Below, piece by piece: positions 20,155-28,864 of a stretch of DNA of 39,101 bases. The position numbers and the translations under genes were made by a program. The stretch covers positions 1-39,101 of the forward strand of contig JACROS010000080.1 in the NCBI GenBank assembly GCA_016214325.1, given 5' to 3'. This DNA comes from Candidatus Omnitrophota bacterium. Lineage in GTDB: Bacteria > Omnitrophota > Gorgyraeia > Gygaellales > Profunditerraquicolaceae. Numbering within the stretch: position 1 is the first letter of the stretch; each line of letters starts with the position of its first letter. Below the pieces are notes generated by a model, which was not told the DNA's origin, ran no database searches, and saw nothing but the letters and a program-made list of their open reading frames with translations.

Positions 20155-21251
20155 GGAAGTGTTTTTATAAAATAGATTCCTGCAGAAAGCCCGATAATAT
20201 GGCTGAGGGATGCAGAGAGCATGGGAGGTAGAATTCCTCCTTTTCCAAGAGCGATGCTAACGGCATCAAGAATATAGTAGAGAAATCCCACCAAGATTGA
20301 TACCCCGATAGAAAATAATCCAGTTGCTTTTCTACGCATTATCAAAGAAAAAGGAATCCCTAAAAGAATGATAATCAAATTTGTAAACGGGGAAGCGAAT
20401 CTTTGATAAAGGTCAACTTTTAAATTGCGGATTACGCTTGAGGCCCCGCTTTTTGACAGCCGCCAGATGTAATCTTCAAGCTGTGGAATGGTCATAAAAT
20501 CCGGGCGCTGTCTTTGGTTTTGGAAATCCGCAGGTTTCTCCGGAATAGACATAAGTTCTTCTTCAAAATATGTGGGTTCTTGAATAACCTGCCCGTTCTT
20601 GTCAAAATTATAAGTTATACACTGATAGAATTTCCACAATCCATCCGAAAAGATTCCTTTTTGGGCGACGATTTTCTTGGTTATATTTTGATGTTCGTCA
20701 TGCTCTAAAATGGTAATTCCTTCCAGGGTGTTGTCGGCAACAGCAAACTTGTTGATGAAGAATAAGCGGTTTTTGATTCCATACATAGAAAGATTATTGA
20801 TTACTTCTTGGCGTTTTTCTTTTGATTTTCCTACACCGTAATCCATTTGTTCCCGGATATTTACCAGCCGGGCTTGTGAGCGGGCTATTACAGAGTTATT
20901 TACATAGAAGACAAAAATACTGATTATTAATCCAAATACAATTGTGTTTCTTGTAATTTGAAAAACGCTTTGGCCAGATGAACGCATGGCGATAATTTCA
21001 TTATCTTGATTTAGTTTTCCGAATGAATAAAGCGTGCTTAAGAGGCAGGCAAACGGGGAGACTTGCACAAACATAACAGGAAGGTTTAGTAAATAGTATT
21101 GAGCAAGGATATAAATCGGGACTTTTTTTTTTTTTTTTTCTTCAAGGCGGGTAAGTACGACTATGATGACATAAAGGAAAAGAAAAATAAAAATGCAGGA
21201 TAAAAATATTTTTACAACTGGTTTTAGCGTGTAGCGGTCTAAGATGCGCAT
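20151..21251 (-). CDS. lptG: LPS export permease, LptG-like
   Basis: ILDRY start, NEIIAMRSSG, 3+3 TM with periplasmic beta region; second of the LptF/G pair. Contains a 17-nt homopolymer at 21123-21139. Confidence 0.82.
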   Translation of the reverse strand: MRILDRYTLKPVVKIFLSCIFIFLFLYVIIVVLTRLEEKKKKKVPIYILAQYYLLNLPVMFVQVSPFACLLSTLYSFGKLNQDNEIIAMRSSGQSVFQITRNTIVFGLIISIFVFYVNNSVIARSQARLVNIREQMDYGVGKSKEKRQEVINNLSMYGIKNRLFFINKFAVADNTLEGITILEHDEHQNITKKIVAQKGIFSDGLWKFYQCITYNFDKNGQVIQEPTYFEEELMSIPEKPADFQNQRQRPDFMTIPQLEDYIWRLSKSGASSVIRNLKVDLYQRFASPFTNLIIILLGIPFSLIMRRKATGLFSIGVSILVGFLYYILDAVSIALGKGGILPPMLSASLSHIIGLSAGIYFIKTLP

Positions 21252-22339
21252 ATTTTAATGGTTAAAAATGTCCCAATTGCGGCAAAAATAGCGTTTGGTA
21301 TCCACATGGAAATATAGGGATTAATTTTTCCTTCCATGCCCAGGGCCGCAGCTCCAATAATAAGCGGGTAGTAGATAAGAATAATTAATACGGCAATACC
21401 TATATTAATTGATTTTTCTCTGCGCCGTGTGATTAAAGCAAGTGGAGCACCAATAAGTATAAATACAAAACATGATAATGCCAGGTTAATTTTTTCATTT
21501 ATTTGAGTGATAAGGGGAGCAGGGTCAATTCCTTCTTTTTTAAGTTTGTTAATTTCCTGCTGGAGTTCTTTGATGGTCATGTCTTTTGGTTTTTTATCCA
21601 GTTTTCCTTTGTTCCCCTGAGAAAGATTCAGATTCATAAAATATGTTTTGAAATTTAGTTTATAAAAATTTGTGGGGTTTTCTAAATCAGGCTCATCAGA
21701 TGTTCCGTCAACGAGTTTGAGTTTTATTATTTTCTTCTCGGGGATAGCAATAAATTCTCCGCTTTTAGCGATAATGGTGCGGGTAGGTTTTCCTTCCTGT
21801 GGTTCATAAATGCGCACATTATAGATTTTATTCTTTTTTTGGTCCACGCGGTAAATGAAGAGAATATATTTTTGAAAAGAATTAATAAACACGCCTTCTT
21901 CAAAGGCAGCGGTTGGGTTTTTGAGCCCAACCTGAGTCAGGGTTTGACGGTAAGCATAATGCGCATAGGCAGAGGCGCGGTCATTAAAAATTATAAGTGC
22001 TAAGCTCAAGATTGCTCCGACTACAATAAAAGGTAAAACAAGTTTAATAATATTCACTCCGCTTGAGCGTATAGCTATAACTTCGTTGTCACCGGCAAGC
22101 CTTCCTAATGATAAAAGTACTGCGATTAATACGGAGATGGGCAGGGCATAGGTGACTATATAGGGCATCATAAATAAGAAAAGTTTTGAAACACTGATAA
22201 TATCCACGCCTTTGTTAATAACTAAGTCAGCAATTCTTTTAAGATTTCCGACAAGCACCATTACAAAGCTTAATACGCCTAAGGTAAAGAATAGAGGCGT
22301 AAGAAATTCCCTAAGAAAGTAGTTGCGTAAAGTTTTCAT
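21239..22339 (-). CDS. lptF: LPS export permease, LptF-like
   Basis: LRNYFLREF, GRLAGDNEVIAIRSSG, IGAPL, MWIPN; first of the pair. Confidence 0.85.
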   Translation of the reverse strand: MKTLRNYFLREFLTPLFFTLGVLSFVMVLVGNLKRIADLVINKGVDIISVSKLFLFMMPYIVTYALPISVLIAVLLSLGRLAGDNEVIAIRSSGVNIIKLVLPFIVVGAILSLALIIFNDRASAYAHYAYRQTLTQVGLKNPTAAFEEGVFINSFQKYILFIYRVDQKKNKIYNVRIYEPQEGKPTRTIIAKSGEFIAIPEKKIIKLKLVDGTSDEPDLENPTNFYKLNFKTYFMNLNLSQGNKGKLDKKPKDMTIKELQQEINKLKKEGIDPAPLITQINEKINLALSCFVFILIGAPLALITRRREKSINIGIAVLIILIYYPLIIGAAALGMEGKINPYISMWIPNAIFAAIGTFLTIKICAS

Positions 22340-22342
22340 TGG

Positions 22343-23083
22343 TTAGTTGGCCAGGGTAAGGACAAAAACAACATTGGCACCTGCTTCTTTTAGGCAGCGG
22401 CTTGCTTCAGATGATGTTGCTCCTGAAGTTAAAACATCATCTATCAACATTATGTTTCTGCCTTTAAGATTCCTTTTTCCTGTCAGAGAAAAGCATCCTT
22501 TTACATTGTTAATTCTTTTGTCGTGGTCTAGCTCTGTTTGCGTGTTTGTGAATCGTGCGCGGTAAATAGCGTCGGGCAAAATGTCTTTATTAAACTCAGT
22601 AGCTATATGTTTACTTAAAAGATCTGCCTGGTTAAATTCTCTTTCGCGTAGTCTTGTTTGGTGAAGAGGGATAGGGATGATAAAATCAATGTATTCAATT
22701 GGAAGCCGGTATTCTTTAATAAAATTAATCATTAGTTTACTAAGTTCTCCGGCAAGGTATTCTTTGTTTTTATATTTGAACTCATGAATTAATTCTTTAA
22801 TCGTGCCGGTGTAAGTGCACGGGCTAAGTGCACGGTCAAAATGAAATATTTTTCTCTGGCACTGGCTGCAAGTATTCTTGGAGAACCCCCTTTTATCTAA
22901 TTGCCTTCCGCAGCTAAGACAAAAAGGAGGGAGATTAACCTTAATGTCGTTGCGGCAATTACTGCAAATAAAATCACTCATTGCCTTGGCTTTTGTTTCT
23001 TTGGTTGTAATCTTTGTTTTGCAGGCAAGGCAGGTTTTAGGATAGATTAAATCCGTTAAACCAGTGATAATATTGCGCAGCAT
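22343..23083 (-). CDS. comF: ComF family protein (double zinc ribbon + phosphoribosyltransferase fold)
   Basis: Four CxxC pairs, PIPLH..R..EREFNQ, LIDDVLTSGAT. Confidence 0.92.
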   Translation of the reverse strand: MLRNIITGLTDLIYPKTCLACKTKITTKETKAKAMSDFICSNCRNDIKVNLPPFCLSCGRQLDKRGFSKNTCSQCQRKIFHFDRALSPCTYTGTIKELIHEFKYKNKEYLAGELSKLMINFIKEYRLPIEYIDFIIPIPLHQTRLREREFNQADLLSKHIATEFNKDILPDAIYRARFTNTQTELDHDKRINNVKGCFSLTGKRNLKGRNIMLIDDVLTSGATSSEASRCLKEAGANVVFVLTLAN

Positions 23084-23089
23084 AGAGAT

Positions 23090-23118
23090 ATAATAACAAC
23101 GAATTTTCTATTTGTCAA
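23090..23118 (-). promoter_or_regulatory. Sigma70-type promoter for comF-lptF-lptG, probably leaderless
   Basis: Minus strand TTGACA (23118-23113), 17 bp, TG-extended TATTAT (23095-23090); ATG begins 7 nt later at 23083. Confidence 0.65.
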
Positions 23119-23152
23119 AATAAATAGAAAAGAAATTATTTTCTGCCTGCTC

Positions 23153-23181
23153 TTGACATCTGTAAGTAAATATGTTAATCT
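23153..23181 (+). promoter_or_regulatory. Sigma70-type promoter for the HTH_17 gene/island
   Basis: TTGACA 23153-23158, 17 bp, TG-extended TAATCT 23176-23181. Confidence 0.6.
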
Positions 23182-23198
23182 TAATGGCAGCTTATAGT

Positions 23199-23218
23199 TA
23201 TTTATAAGTATTTATAAG
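23199..23218 (+). repeat. Tandem 10-bp direct repeat TATTTATAAG x2 (third copy at 23646-23655)
   Basis: Read directly; lies between the promoter and the HTH_17 start. Confidence 0.6.
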
Positions 23219-23260
23219 AAACAATTAATTATTAATTTGCATAGAACCGGGGTGGAAACT

Positions 23261-23470
23261 ATGGAAAAAGATAAGTTTCTTACGGTTGACGAGCTTTGTA
23301 AATACATCAAGATTCCCAAACCGACAATTTATATGTTACTTGGCAAAGGGCACGTCCCTGCGGCCAAAATCGGCAGGCAATGGAGGTTTAATAAAGACTC
23401 AATAGATGAGTGGATGAAAAAAAAGGAAGAGTATTACACCACAAGAAAAGAGCGTAGAAAGCGGCTTTAA
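23261..23470 (+). CDS. Small excisionase-like (HTH_17, MerR/BldC-like) DNA-binding protein
   Basis: FLTVDELCKYIKIPKPTIY..G.VPAAKIGRQWRF..IDEW. ATG 23261 after GGGGTGGA preferred to TTG 23237. Confidence 0.9.
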   Translation: MEKDKFLTVDELCKYIKIPKPTIYMLLGKGHVPAAKIGRQWRFNKDSIDEWMKKKEEYYTTRKERRKRL

Positions 23471-23622
23471 ACCCAAATTGTTCATTAAAAAACGTTATCG
23501 TTGATTTATATTGTAAGAAAGAAATACAGGTAAAATTTGGGTTTACCCCGCCATTCTTGATTAAATCTCTTTGAGATTTAATCAGGCGGCCCTACGGGCA
23601 GATTTTGCTGTTGCAAAATCTG
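23468..23622. repeat. Cluster of palindromes in the leader of the KS operon
   Basis: TAAACCCAAATT/AATTTGGGTTTA (23468-23479/23534-23545); 12-bp stem 23558-23584; GCCC-TAC-GGGC 23589-23599; 10-bp stem 23599-23622. Confidence 0.7.
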
Positions 23623-23706
23623 GGTTAAAAGCTTAAATGCAGGTATATTTATAAGTTCTTAAAAAGTGTAGTAGCATAGCCTAAGTAATGGCTCAACGGT
23701 GAGTAA

Positions 23707-24948
23707 ATGCATAAAAAAAGACTCGTCATTACCGGCGTAGGCGTGGTGTCTCCGATTGGAATTGGAAAGGATCAGTTCTGGCACAGTCTTTGGGAAGGCC
23801 AGGCTGGATTTAGGCCAATCAGCCTTTTTGATGCCTCAGATTTAAAGGTAGGAGTTGCGGGAGAGATTTCTGATTTTAATCCGCAAGAGATTCTGGGTAA
23901 AAAAGGCTTAATTGATCTTGACCGCGCCACAACGCTTCTGTTATCTTCTGCAAAATTCTGTCTACAAGATAGTCAAATAGAATTAACTAATATAAATTCT
24001 GTAATAACTGGTATCTGCGTCGGAACTACCTTTGGAAGCCTCAATAGCCTTTCTGAATTTGACGAGCAGTCTCTTCAGGAAGGCCCGAATTTTGTTAATG
24101 CCTCCAGATTTCCTAATACAGTAATTAATTCTCCGGCAAGCCGTTTGGCCATTCGTTATGGCGTTAAAGGGCCGAATGCTACTGTTTCTACTGGTTTTTG
24201 CGCTAGCCTTGATGCTTTGGAGTATGCAGTGGATACGATTAATTCCGGCAGGGCAGAAAGAATAATTGTCGGCGGGCTTGAAGAAATGTGCGTTCAGACC
24301 TTTCTTGGTTTTTACAGGTTGGGTTATTTGTCCGGCCTGAAGAATAATTATGAGCCGGTAAGCTGTCCTTTTGACAAGAGAAGAGATGGCATAGTTTTTT
24401 CCGAGGGTTGTGGAATTTTTATGGTTGAGGAACTTGACGCAGCGCTTGATCGTAACGCTCATATTTATGCAGAAATTCTCGGTATTGGTTCTGATTTTGA
24501 TCCATTTCGTTTACATAAGTTTAATCCTAAGGCAAGCGGCATGATTGAGGCTATGTTTTCTGCTTTAGAAGATGCCAGTATTGAGGCAGGCGAAGTGGAT
24601 TGTATTTATGCCAATGCTAATTCAACGCCAGATGGTGATTGTGTTGAGTCAAGAGCAATTAAAGAAGTTTTTCAGAAACAGGCGGATAAAATTCCAGTAA
24701 CAGCAATAAAATCAATGACAGGTGAGTCGTTTAGTGCTGGCGGAAGTTTTTCTCTTGCTGGGGCTTTGGGGACTCTTGAGACTGGGTTAATTCCTCCGAT
24801 AGTTAATCTTGAAGAGGCAGATGTAAAGTGCAGGCTTAATTTTGTATATGATTCAGCTAGAATGGATAATGTTGATAAAATAATGATTAATGCTTTTGGG
24901 CCCAACGGAGCAAATAGTGCGTTGGTTATAGGGAGATATTCTGAATAA
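23707..24948 (+). CDS. FabF-fold ketosynthase lacking the catalytic triad (chain-length-factor-like)
   Basis: VITGVGVVSPIG, PFDKRRDG..EG, FGPNGAN. TGFCAS replaces TACAS (Cys position is Phe), ANANST replaces AHGTST, GES replaces GHx. Confidence 0.85.
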   Translation: MHKKRLVITGVGVVSPIGIGKDQFWHSLWEGQAGFRPISLFDASDLKVGVAGEISDFNPQEILGKKGLIDLDRATTLLLSSAKFCLQDSQIELTNINSVITGICVGTTFGSLNSLSEFDEQSLQEGPNFVNASRFPNTVINSPASRLAIRYGVKGPNATVSTGFCASLDALEYAVDTINSGRAERIIVGGLEEMCVQTFLGFYRLGYLSGLKNNYEPVSCPFDKRRDGIVFSEGCGIFMVEELDAALDRNAHIYAEILGIGSDFDPFRLHKFNPKASGMIEAMFSALEDASIEAGEVDCIYANANSTPDGDCVESRAIKEVFQKQADKIPVTAIKSMTGESFSAGGSFSLAGALGTLETGLIPPIVNLEEADVKCRLNFVYDSARMDNVDKIMINAFGPNGANSALVIGRYSE

Positions 24949-25385
24949 TGATTCAGCTTGATATACAGCAAATAATGGAAAGTATTTCGCAGAGATTTCC
25001 GATGCTGTTTGTTGACAGGATTCTTGAGCTTGATCCGGGGAAGCAGGTTGTAGCGATTAAAAATGTAACTATGAATGAGCAGTTTTTTTCGGGGCATTTT
25101 CCGGATGCGCCAATTATGCCCGGAGCTTTAATTGTTGAGGCAATGGCGCAGGCATCAACATTTCTTTTTTATGATCCGAATAAGCCGCAGCAAAAACTAG
25201 ATTTTTTTCTGGGAGTAATTAAAGATGCTCGTTTCTTTAGGTCTGTTGTTCCTGGAGAACAAATAAAAATAGTTGCGCAGAGTATTAGGCTTGCTGAGGA
25301 CAGCGCTTATGTTAAGACGAGTGCTACTGTTGATGATGCCAAGGTTTGTGATGCAGAATTGGTTTTTGTGCGGAGAAAGAAATGA
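24948..25385 (+). CDS. fabZ: 3-hydroxyacyl-ACP dehydratase, FabZ family
   Basis: RFPMLFVDRI, KNVTMNEQFFSGHFPDAPIMPGALIVEAMAQ. Confidence 0.88.
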   Translation: MIQLDIQQIMESISQRFPMLFVDRILELDPGKQVVAIKNVTMNEQFFSGHFPDAPIMPGALIVEAMAQASTFLFYDPNKPQQKLDFFLGVIKDARFFRSVVPGEQIKIVAQSIRLAEDSAYVKTSATVDDAKVCDAELVFVRRKK

Positions 25386-26481
25386 AGAGAATTGTTGTCA
25401 CTGGGCTCGGGGCAGTTACTTCTATTGGTTTGGGGTGGAAAGATTTCTGGGTTAATCTTTTAGAGGGAAGATCGGGTATTTCTAAGGTTACAGTTTTTGA
25501 TACTTCAAAACATGTAACGCATGTTGGAGGAGAAGTTAAGAACTTTCGTCCCGAAGATTTTATCCCAAGGACTAAGATTAAATATGTGGGCAGGGCCTCG
25601 CAATTGGCGATTGCTGCGACAAGAATGGCGTTATCAGACGCAAAGCTTGAAAAAGAATTCTATACTAGGGTAAGGACATCAGTTTGTTTGGGCACAACTA
25701 TGGGTGAAATCAGGTCTGTTGAAAATGCAGATCACTCTTGGATTAATTCTAGTAAAGATAAGCACCAGATTGATCCTTTTGAAGTGTATCGTTCTGCGGT
25801 AAATAATATTCCTTCAAATGTAGCGATTGAGTTTCACTTAAAAGGAAGGAATCGTATTTTTACTACCGCTTGTGCTTCAGGAAATTATGCTATAGGTTAT
25901 GGATATGATCTTTTGTGCTCTGATAAAACGGACCTTGTTGTTGCCGGCGGCTCTGATGCTTTTTCCTGGATAGCTTTTACGGGTTTTAATAAGGTAAGCG
26001 CAACTGCTCCAGAAAGGTGCCAGCCTTTTGACAAAAATAGAAAAGGCATGATTCCTGGAGAAGGCTCGGGTGTTTTAGTGCTTGAGAGCTTGGATTCTGC
26101 GCTTTTGCGGGGTGCGCCTATTTATGCAGAAATTTTAGGTTATGGTTTAAGCTGTGACGCTAATCATATGACCAATCCAAATCCCGACGGAGTAGCTGCT
26201 TGTATGCGCAATGCCATGCTTAATGCCGGGATAGTTCAATTAAATCTATGCTGGGCCATACCATGGGAGCAGCTTCGGCAATTGAGGCAATTACCTGTTG
26301 CCTTGCTTTAAAGGACCAGGTGCTTCCTCCGACGATAAATTACGAAACTCCGGATCCTGATTGTGATATAGACTGTATTCCTAATGCCGCTAGAAAGCAA
26401 AAAGTTGAGGTTATTTTAAATAATGGTTTTGCTTTTGGCGGGAATAATGCTTGTCTTGTATTAAAAAAGTTTGTCAACTAA
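25382..26481 (+). pseudogene. fabF: Beta-ketoacyl-ACP synthase II, split by an internal deletion/frameshift near 26233 (possibly artefact)
   Basis: TTACASG (catalytic Cys), GYGLSCDANHMT in ORF 25382-26311. [13 protein letters not shown]...FAFGGNN resumes in another frame at 26233; the AHGTxT segment is absent. Confidence 0.82.
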
Positions 26482-26496
26482 GAAAAGGAGGAAGCA

Positions 26497-26748
26497 ATGT
26501 TAGAGAATTTAGAAATGGAATTTAAGGAGATGTTATCAAAATTGACCGGCCTTGAGCCAACTGAAATTGGCGATGAGGATGATTTGTTTAAAGATCTAGG
26601 GATTGATTCTTTAAAGGTTATTGAGATTGCCACTCAGATTGAACGTAATTATAAGGTAGTGGTAAAAGATAGCCAGTTGGCGCGCCTGCGCACGGTAAAA
26701 GATGCGGTAACTTTTTTAAGGGACCTTTTGGAGAAAAAGAATGCCTAA
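26497..26748 (+). CDS. Acyl carrier protein
   Basis: 83 aa, acidic, DLGIDSL phosphopantetheine site, TVKD helix; AAGGAGG RBS. Confidence 0.93.
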   Translation: MLENLEMEFKEMLSKLTGLEPTEIGDEDDLFKDLGIDSLKVIEIATQIERNYKVVVKDSQLARLRTVKDAVTFLRDLLEKKNA

Positions 26749-28042
26749 AGAAAAAAGAATTGCCATCACAGGTATAGGCCCGCTTGCTTCCATTGGCACG
26801 GGCCGAAGAGAGTTGTGGCAGAATTTGCTCGCCGGTAAAACCAATATTAAACTGGATGAAGCCTATATTGATGATGAGCTTTGGGATAAATATCATTTTC
26901 ATAAGGTTGATAATTTTGATATTTCCCGCTTTGGCCTTGATAGAGGAGCTTTGGATTGGATTAAAGACTGGAAGCAGGGCGATGAAATAAAAGATTTATT
27001 GTATCTGCTGGCTGTGATTAAGCTTGCTATTGATGATAGCGGCTTGGTGTATAATCCAGATGCTGAAAGTGATTTTGGTTTGGTTTTAGCTCATGAAAAT
27101 ATGGCGCTGATTCCGTTTTTGTTTAAGGTCAGCGAAACCGCCTATAACATTATGAGTGATAAATCAAAACAGCTTACTAAAAAGAAGTTTTACGACGAGG
27201 TTTACCGGCTTTGCCTTAAGGCAGGTTATGACGTTCAGCCGTTTATGACTTTGTTTCATGTGGCAAAAGTTTTTAATGTCAGGCAGCATTCATTATTTAT
27301 TTGTAATGCTTGTGCTTCTGGGTTGTATGCTTTAGAAACTGCTAGTGAAATGATTCATAGTAACCAGAATTCTTCGGTTATTGTTGCGGCTTCTGATTTT
27401 CCGGATATTTATAAGTATTTATGGTTTAGGGATCTGGGAATTTATTCTAAGGATGGAATCTGCAGGCCGTTTTCCAAAGACAGTAACGGCCTTGTTTTTG
27501 GCGACGGCGGCGTTGCAATTGTGATGGAAGATATGGAACACGCAAAAAAGCGCAATGCTACGATATATGCGGAATATTTAGGTGGTGGTTTTGCGTTAGA
27601 GGGGTGGCAGGTTACCGTGCCAAAAGTAGGAAGTGATTCTTATCAGAACGCGATGTTAAAGGCGTTGGAACAAAGCAAGGTAAAGAAAGAAGAAATAGAT
27701 TTACTTTGCCCGCATGGAGTGGGTTCGCATGTTATTGATTATTATGAATCAAAGGCATTTACTGAAATTTTTGGTGATAATCCTAAAAAACCGCTTATCA
27801 CTGCATTTAAGCCTTATGTTGGGCATAATTTAGGAGGCAGTGCTCTGCTTGAAGTGGCGATTTTGTTGTTATGTCTTAGTAATGATACAATTTTACCTAC
27901 CCTTAATTCCAGCAATTCTAATCCCGCCTATAAAATCCAACTGGTGCAGAAAGTAAAAAAAGCCAAACTTAAAACGGTAATGAAGGCCTGTGCTGCCTTT
28001 GCCGGTTTCAATTCCGCGGTGGTATTTGGGAAAGCGTGGTAA
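26741..28042 (+). CDS. Divergent FabF/FabB-like ketosynthase with intact triad
   Basis: IAITGIG, NACASG (Cys), PHGVGS (His), KPYVGHNLGG (His), AFAGFN; unusual N-terminal half. Confidence 0.85.
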   Translation: MPKEKRIAITGIGPLASIGTGRRELWQNLLAGKTNIKLDEAYIDDELWDKYHFHKVDNFDISRFGLDRGALDWIKDWKQGDEIKDLLYLLAVIKLAIDDSGLVYNPDAESDFGLVLAHENMALIPFLFKVSETAYNIMSDKSKQLTKKKFYDEVYRLCLKAGYDVQPFMTLFHVAKVFNVRQHSLFICNACASGLYALETASEMIHSNQNSSVIVAASDFPDIYKYLWFRDLGIYSKDGICRPFSKDSNGLVFGDGGVAIVMEDMEHAKKRNATIYAEYLGGGFALEGWQVTVPKVGSDSYQNAMLKALEQSKVKKEEIDLLCPHGVGSHVIDYYESKAFTEIFGDNPKKPLITAFKPYVGHNLGGSALLEVAILLLCLSNDTILPTLNSSNSNPAYKIQLVQKVKKAKLKTVMKACAAFAGFNSAVVFGKAW

Positions 28043-28086
28043 ATGAAGAACAATTTATTTTCCTTATAATTCTAGTGGAAATTAAA

Positions 28087-28143
28087 TTGACAATAATTGA
28101 TTTATAGGTTATAGTTTATATGTGGTATAAATTATAACCTATA
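28087..28143 (+). promoter_or_regulatory. Sigma70 promoter overlapped by an 18-bp inverted-repeat operator
   Basis: TTGACA 28087-28092, 17 bp, TATAGT 28110-28115. IR arms 28103-28120 and 28126-28143, one mismatch, 5-bp spacer. Confidence 0.75.
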
Positions 28144-28150
28144 TTAAAAT

Positions 28151-28864
28151 ATGGATAAGAAATTACGCAATATTCAATTAGAAGTTTTGAAATTATTCTC
28201 AAATAAAGCAAAGAAGTTTGCTCTTTGCGGTGGCACTGCGCTTGAGTTATGTTATTTAGATCATCGTTTTTCTGTGGATCTGGATTTTTTTTCTCCTGAA
28301 TATGATGTTAAAGAAGTAGAAAAGTTGATTGCTTTTTTTGAGGAAAGGCTTAAAGTAAAGGTTAGGTTAGAGGCTGATTTTGTCAGGGCAGGAAGAGCCA
28401 GGATTAGGTTTTATACTATTCAATTGAGAGGGCAAAAGAGGCCGTTAAAACTTGATTTTGTTGAAGACGTCTTGATAAAAAGCCCTAAAATAAAAAAAAC
28501 CAATGGCATAAGGGCTTATTGCGCCAAGAATATTTATTTCCAAAAGATTGCTGCAGTAACAGGAACACAGTTTGAATTTGACCATATAGGAAGGCGAATT
28601 GCGCAGGGCAGGCAGGCAGCAAGAGATGTTTATGATATCTACATGCTTTCAAAGAAAATAATGCCTTTGCATTTATTCTTATCTATTGTGCCCGAGCAGT
28701 TTCGCCGAGGCATGGTTCATTGGTATAGATCTTTCTCTCGCAATGCGCTGAAGCTAGAGTTACTGGACCTTGATATTTACGATAAGAATTTTGATTCGCA
28801 AGAAATGATTCAATCCGTGGAAGATGAAATAAAATTGTTTGTGAGAAAAGGAATCCTTAAATGA
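28151..28864 (+). CDS. AbiEii/AbiGii-family nucleotidyltransferase toxin
   Basis: LCGGTAL..YLDHRFSVDLDFF, LKLDF, K..A, RDVYDIY. Confidence 0.88.
   Translation: MDKKLRNIQLEVLKLFSNKAKKFALCGGTALELCYLDHRFSVDLDFFSPEYDVKEVEKLIAFFEERLKVKVRLEADFVRAGRARIRFYTIQLRGQKRPLKLDFVEDVLIKSPKIKKTNGIRAYCAKNIYFQKIAAVTGTQFEFDHIGRRIAQGRQAARDVYDIYMLSKKIMPLHLFLSIVPEQFRRGMVHWYRSFSRNALKLELLDLDIYDKNFDSQEMIQSVEDEIKLFVRKGILK

Noticed and set aside
23261-23470. Prophage or ICE excisionase
   Set aside because: No integrase, att-like repeat, tRNA or phage gene in the window; better read as a stand-alone HTH_17 regulator.
1589-26240. Programmed ribosomal frameshifting in clpC, holB or fabF
   Set aside because: Conserved coding segments are physically missing at each junction, so a frameshift could not restore the protein.
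23707-28042. Calling the cluster ladderane, aryl polyene or housekeeping FAS
   Set aside because: No radical SAM, AMP-ligase, glycosyl/acyltransferase, fabG, fabD or fabH genes here; the product cannot be assigned by eye.
28043-28070. Tiny ORF MKNNLFSL right after the third KS stop
   Set aside because: Could be a remnant of a gene cut by the TA insertion, but eight codons are not enough evidence.
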